Shown here: piece after piece, positions 59,495-64,000 of the stretch
Layout of the letters: each line of letters starts with the position of its first letter
Position numbering within the stretch: position 1 is the stretch's first letter
Source: a bacterium
Lineage (GTDB): Bacteria > UBA8248 > JACPRG01 > G963555815
Reading direction: 5' to 3'
Assembly (NCBI GenBank): GCA_965261595.1
Contig: CBDHDG010000004.1
Coordinates: 608,001-672,000 of the forward strand
DNA length: 64,000 bases
Translations under genes and position numbers: made by a program
The notes under the pieces: model-generated
What the model was told of the DNA's origin: nothing
What the model saw: only the letters and a program-made list of their open reading frames with translations
The model's database searches: none

Positions 59495-60652
59495 TCACCC
59501 GGGGCGCGCGGACAGGACCCGCTCGGGGACGCAGACGAGCCCTTCCATCAGCCGGCGGGCCGTTCGAATCACGGTGGCCTTCAAAAGCTCGCCGTCCTTG
59601 ACCTCCGCCTCCACCTCGATGACCCCCGCCGGATGGCCGATGCGGAGGGTTCGGGGAACCTCGCCCCGGGCCTCCCGGACGATGCGGTTCACGAGGGTTC
59701 CCTCGATGTAAGCCGCCGCGGCCGTGCAGATGGCGCCGGTCAGCGCGTACGCCCGGTGGGCCCGGCCCATCGAGAGCATCCGGCCCCGGAGGTCGTGACC
59801 CTCGGCCGTGATGGTCTCCCCCGAAGAGGCCGTATAATCGGCGGGCGGAGCCACCACCGCCACTTTGGGGATGGCCGGGCTTTCCGCCCGCGCGCGGACC
59901 GGGTCCATCACGAACCCGAGCTTGAAGGCGATCTCCCCCCGGATCCGCTCGAGCCGAGCCAGGACAACCTGGGCCGCCTCCATCTCCTCGGCCGTCTCCG
60001 AGCCCGTCCAGCCCACCGCCTCCGCCTCCACGAAGAACAAAGGGTTGGCGGCGTCCACAACAGAGAGGGCGAACGTCCCGTATTCGCCGATTTCGACCTC
60101 ATCGAGGGGCTTCCCAGTGGGAAGCAGCTTCCCCGTCACCGCCCCGCTGGCCCCGATGAATCCGACACGGATGGGCGCGGCCGTTCCGGGCACGCCGGGG
60201 ATGACCGTGTCTCCCCCCTCCAGAGGCGCCCCGTCCTCCACGGGTACGTCGAACTCGATGACCTTCTTCGTATTGGTGTTGAGGACGCGGACGCGTGTGA
60301 CGGGCGCCCGGGGCTCGACCCACCCATCTTCCACGGCGAACAGGCCGACGGCGGAGGAGATGTTGCCGCAGTTGTTTCGCCAATCGACGAAGGGCTGATC
60401 CAAGGAGACCTGGGCGAAGGTGTAGTCGACGTCGATGCCCTCATCACCGGAGGGCGCGACGATGGCGCACTTGCTCGTGAGGGGGTCTGCCCCGCCGAGG
60501 CCGTCGATCTGCCGGGCGTCGGGGCTTCCGAACGCGGCGAGGAGGATGCGATCCCGGCTCTCCCGGTCCTCGGGCAGGTCCTCTTCCTTGAAAAAGAGCG
60601 CCTTGCTCGTCCCGCCCCGCATGACGACGCAGGGGATCTTCACTTGCGACAT
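59495..60652 (-). CDS. PrpF family isomerase (aconitate/methylitaconate/oxalomesaconate type)
   Basis: MRGGTSK, QIDGLGGADPLTSK, NCGN, HPAG, RTARRLMEG. Confidence 0.93.
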   Translation of the reverse strand: MSQVKIPCVVMRGGTSKALFFKEEDLPEDRESRDRILLAAFGSPDARQIDGLGGADPLTSKCAIVAPSGDEGIDVDYTFAQVSLDQPFVDWRNNCGNISSAVGLFAVEDGWVEPRAPVTRVRVLNTNTKKVIEFDVPVEDGAPLEGGDTVIPGVPGTAAPIRVGFIGASGAVTGKLLPTGKPLDEVEIGEYGTFALSVVDAANPLFFVEAEAVGWTGSETAEEMEAAQVVLARLERIRGEIAFKLGFVMDPVRARAESPAIPKVAVVAPPADYTASSGETITAEGHDLRGRMLSMGRAHRAYALTGAICTAAAAYIEGTLVNRIVREARGEVPRTLRIGHPAGVIEVEAEVKDGELLKATVIRTARRLMEGLVCVPERVLSARPG

Positions 60653-60832
60653 CGATTCCTCCCGGCTTTTTATTTTGGCTAATCTGTGCTACTAGGCACC
60701 CTTCCTCACAGGCTTGATAAACCTCTTGACCGAATCACGATCTGTCGTCTGCCCAGGTTGCAATTGCCCTGGTGAGGGCGTTCGGTTTTGGGAAACTTCA
60801 GGGACCGGTTCAGGTCCTTCTGGAGCACTTGG

Positions 60833-61357
60833 TTAGCTGTTGCACAACAAAGATTCCTCTTTTGCGCGACGCTCGTCATTTGGGTCTGGCTGTGAGTCAA
60901 ACGTGCGGAGCCACTCAACATAATCGGCTGGCAACCTGTGCTCGATGGCACCAGCAATGACGAGTTCTTTGTACCGGTGGTATGGTCGCAAAGCAGGCTC
61001 TTTCTTGGTAGCAACGTATGTAATTGCTTCGCGCTCCTCTCCGTTCGGCGTGACCACCCGAACGCGTTCTTCTCGATAGCCTTTTCCAAGCCCATCAGCG
61101 CAGTCGAGGTTGCGCTTATCAGCGCAAGATACCTTGAAAAGCACCCCATAAACCCGGTCAGTTGAATTTGCCGTGCTCTCAATATCGCACTTACCCGAGC
61201 CATCACTACTCACCTTGTCGAAAGCGAGCCTGCGGCTCGCAACGTACCCAGTTCCGATGTCAACTGCCGAAGGTGCGCGACCTTTCGCCTTGAGGCGACG
61301 AGAAAACATGTTGGAACCGTATGCGAAATAAACAAACGTGCCAGTTGCATCGGACAT
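60833..61357 (-). CDS. Gamma-glutamylcyclotransferase family protein
   Basis: YFAYGSNM, VYGVL, LDCADG, GAIEHRLP..Y. Confidence 0.88.
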   Translation of the reverse strand: MSDATGTFVYFAYGSNMFSRRLKAKGRAPSAVDIGTGYVASRRLAFDKVSSDGSGKCDIESTANSTDRVYGVLFKVSCADKRNLDCADGLGKGYREERVRVVTPNGEEREAITYVATKKEPALRPYHRYKELVIAGAIEHRLPADYVEWLRTFDSQPDPNDERRAKEESLLCNS

Positions 61358-61627
61358 GGTTTCTTTGCACCTAACCCCGGATTTCGCATTTCAACCCAAA
61401 GATGTTGCCTCTTGATCCCCCGTTGTATGTAGAGCGGGATTTCCCATATCAAACTCTGGCGCTGCCCTTTCGCTTTTCATTCCCTGTGGAAGGCATTGAA
61501 TCTCCTTCCAGAATCCCTGTCAAGAGTTCGAGACCCGTAAACCAAGTGCTGAGGAGTATCTGCCACTGCAAGAAGACAGAGTTCTACCGCTAGGTGCGCG
61601 TTGCCGACTGACCTTGGCCTGCCCCCG

Positions 61628-61897
61628 CTACAGCCGAGCGATCAGATGGTCATACACTCCATGTGAACCAATCCAAAACGAGACCATCTCGTCACCCTCA
61701 CGAACGCCAAGCGCGCGGTATTTTCTGCTGATTCGGACGGAGTAGACGGGTCTTGTTGAATGAATCCGCTTGAAGCGCAAACCCGGATACTCTGGGTTCT
61801 CGGTGAAAAGTGCGTAAGCCGCTCGGGCTTGGCGCTGAACATCCTCCGGCAGTTGTTGAAATACCCTGCGGAAACGCGCCGTCGTCCGGGATCTCAC
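61628..61897 (-). CDS. RelE/ParE-like toxin
   Basis: PGLRFKRI, YSVRISRKYRALG, FWIGSH. Confidence 0.85.
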   Translation of the reverse strand: MRSRTTARFRRVFQQLPEDVQRQARAAYALFTENPEYPGLRFKRIHSTRPVYSVRISRKYRALGVREGDEMVSFWIGSHGVYDHLIARL

Positions 61898-62112
61898 AAC
61901 TTCTCTGGGTCCAACTCTCGCGCGCCCCCTTCACGATACTCTGTGAGGGCCTCATCGGCCAACCTGCCCAGCGCTTCCTCGGACCTACCGTAGGACCCTG
62001 TCCACCGTCGCTCAGAAGCCAGCTCTTCCAGCAACCATTCGGCGAGCGCCTCCTGATCAGGCTCGGGAAGCTTTGATGCTTCGGCAAAGGCTTTTTGAAG
62101 AAGCTTTGTCAT
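61894..62112 (-). CDS. Probable cognate antitoxin
   Basis: MTKLLQKAF..LPEPDQEALA..ERRW; 4-bp overlap with the toxin. Confidence 0.8.
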   Translation of the reverse strand: MTKLLQKAFAEASKLPEPDQEALAEWLLEELASERRWTGSYGRSEEALGRLADEALTEYREGGARELDPEKL

Positions 62113-62357
62113 TGCCAACTCCTCTTCACGACCCCTTCCACAGCGGACGTGATCCGCGAAGCATCTCAGATCGCCTCAGGTGGGCTTTCCTCAGACCTAC
62201 CTGGAAAGTGATTGTTTCTCAGCACGCCTGCTCTCTGTCTGCGATGCAGGTTGAGTCTGTATACACCGGAGCATAGAGACTTGACAGGTTCCATGTTTGC
62301 TTTCTTGCTCATAGAATCAGAATCAGCAAGCGCCCGGTTCTTGGGCGAGCGGAATGT

Positions 62358-62450
62358 CTAGAACCAACCCCGATATCCCACAGGTCGATCAACGACCTCC
62401 GCGATCCAGCGCCCGTCTCCTCCTTGTTCCATCTCAACCCTGAACGTCAT
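62358..62450 (-). pseudogene. HicB-like antitoxin fragment
   Basis: MTFRVEMEQGGDGRWIAEVVD followed by a premature stop. Confidence 0.55.
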
Positions 62451-62600
62451 CGCTCTTTGCCTCATTAACGAGAATCTATGCTTTTCTCTCCCGCTTGGGA
62501 AGACCTTTGCACGTTAAGAAAAGATTTCCGACCCGCCTCCTCCCAAGGTTCAAAAAGGCCGACCGAGCTTTATTGTCAAGATGGATATCATCACCGCCGT

Positions 62601-63896
62601 TCACTGGGGCAGGAGCGACGGAAGCCAAAGGGACAACGGAGGCAAAAATGTGATCAGAAGCAGCGCCGCGCACTCCGCCGCCACGAAAGGAAGGATCGCC
62701 CGCGCGACGCCCTTGAGCGGCTCCCCCGTCACGCCGCCCGCCACGAGCAGGTTGACCCCCACGGGCGGGGTGACCTGGCCGATGGCCAGGTTCACCGTCA
62801 AGACGATCCCGAGATGGATCGGGTCCACGCCCGCGGCTTTCGCCATCGGGAGCAGGATCGGAACGAAGATGTAGAAAATCGAAATGGCATCCAGAAGGCA
62901 CCCCGCCGCCAGGATCAACGCGTTGACGGCGAGGAGGAAGAGGACGCGGTTCCCTTTCAGGATTCCCAACCCCGCCGCGGCGTCCTCGGCGATTCCCTGG
63001 TCCGTCAGGACCCACGCGAAAACCGACGCCATGACGACGATCGTCATCACAACCGCCGAAGTCCTGGCCGACGTCCAGAGGATCTCCGGCAGGTCCCTCG
63101 GTCTGATGTCCCTGTACACCCAAAGCCCGACGACCAGGCCGTACACAACCGCCACGGCGGCGGCCTCGGTGGGCGTGAAGACGCCCCCGTAAATCCCTCC
63201 GAGGATGATGACGGGCGCGCCCAATCCCCAGATGGATTCCCGCAGGGCCTTGGCGAACGGGACGTGGGCGGGGCCCGCCGCCTCCCCTCCCCCCTTCGCC
63301 GCCGCCGGCTCTCGCCGGGCCTCTATCCAAACGACGGCCGCCAGGCTCACGGCCATCAGCAGGCCCGGAAGGACGCCCGCCATGAACAGCTTCGGGATCG
63401 AGGTCTCCGCCAGGACGCCGTAGATCACCAGGGCGATGGAAGGCGGGATGATGATTCCGATCCCTCCACCCGCCGCCAGGAGGGCCGAGGCGAAGGAACG
63501 CCGGTACCCCGCGCTCTTCAACCCCGGATAGAGAAACGCGCCGATGGCCGCGACGTCCGCCGGACCTGAACCGGACAGGCCCGCGAAAAAGACAGAGGCG
63601 GCCACCGTCACGTAACCCAGTCCGCCCCGCACGGTCCCTACGAGCGAACGGGCCAGAACGGTCAGGCGTCTCGCGATCTCCCCGCGCGCCAGAATGTTCC
63701 CCGCCAGGATGAAAAAGGGGATCGCCAGCAGGGTCCAGGAATGGGCCGTGCCGAAGATGAGCTGCGGGAGAAACACCAACGGGGCCAGGTCGAACGCCCA
63801 GACCGTGACGACCCCCGCCAAACCCAGCGCAACTGCCACCGGGGCGCCCAGGAGAAGAAGGAGAACGAACGTTCCGAAGAGTAAGGCCGATATCAA
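62601..63896 (-). CDS. dctM: TRAP transporter large permease
   Basis: LLAIPFFILAG, SGSGPAD, IIPPS, FTPTEAA, TPPVG. Confidence 0.95.
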   Translation of the reverse strand: MISALLFGTFVLLLLLGAPVAVALGLAGVVTVWAFDLAPLVFLPQLIFGTAHSWTLLAIPFFILAGNILARGEIARRLTVLARSLVGTVRGGLGYVTVAASVFFAGLSGSGPADVAAIGAFLYPGLKSAGYRRSFASALLAAGGGIGIIIPPSIALVIYGVLAETSIPKLFMAGVLPGLLMAVSLAAVVWIEARREPAAAKGGGEAAGPAHVPFAKALRESIWGLGAPVIILGGIYGGVFTPTEAAAVAVVYGLVVGLWVYRDIRPRDLPEILWTSARTSAVVMTIVVMASVFAWVLTDQGIAEDAAAGLGILKGNRVLFLLAVNALILAAGCLLDAISIFYIFVPILLPMAKAAGVDPIHLGIVLTVNLAIGQVTPPVGVNLLVAGGVTGEPLKGVARAILPFVAAECAALLLITFLPPLSLWLPSLLPQ

Positions 63897-64000
63897 AACG
63901 TTACCGGGGGCGCTTGCGCGCCGGCCAAGCTGCGATTGAGGTGCTTGCGCTCATGACAACCTCTGTAGCGCACGGCGCTCAGATTTGTTCTAACGCCTAG

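Noticed and set aside
1..64000. Many long antisense or alternate-frame ORFs (e.g. 6670-8094, 26630-28321, 38832-40463, 51363-53255, 57160-58629)
   Set aside because: Shadows of recognisable genes in GC-rich DNA; no family motifs
63984..64000. Minus-strand GGCGTTAGAAC as an attC end
   Set aside because: At the window edge; the partner arm cannot be seen

Overview
GC-rich bacterial chromosomal window (taxon not determinable from sequence alone). (1) 1-8.3 kb: catabolic cluster with three Rid/YjgF genes (one a three-domain single-chain fusion), an MBL hydrolase, a Rieske oxygenase, an ABC substrate-binding protein, a cyclase/arylformamidase and a Zn dehydrogenase; it is cut off inside an ABC ATPase gene by IS256. 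(2) 8.3-21.2 kb: decayed integrative island with nested IS256/IS3/RIT remnants, IS1182, IS481, broken tyrosine integrases, SRAP, a thermonuclease, a putative nuclease ending in an SSB-like DEDIPF tail and an orphan RES protein; it abuts tRNA-Gly and tRNA-Cys. (3) 21-34 kb: housekeeping genes (rplU-rpmA-obgE-proB-nadD-rsfS-dksA-like-lapB-like, mltD) plus a low-GC HigBA module. (4) 34-64 kb: metabolic, envelope and transport genes, an intact IS3 element and a small TA/GGCT islet. The ORF track misses or truncates two probable selenoprotein genes: an OsmC-family gene (42808-43305) and a DsbA/FrnE-family UxxC gene (53325-53906), each with an in-frame TGA at the catalytic Cys position followed by a SECIS-like hairpin. 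Several single-base frameshifts may be assembly errors. No CRISPR array or rRNA seen. All family calls come from motif recognition, not database searches.
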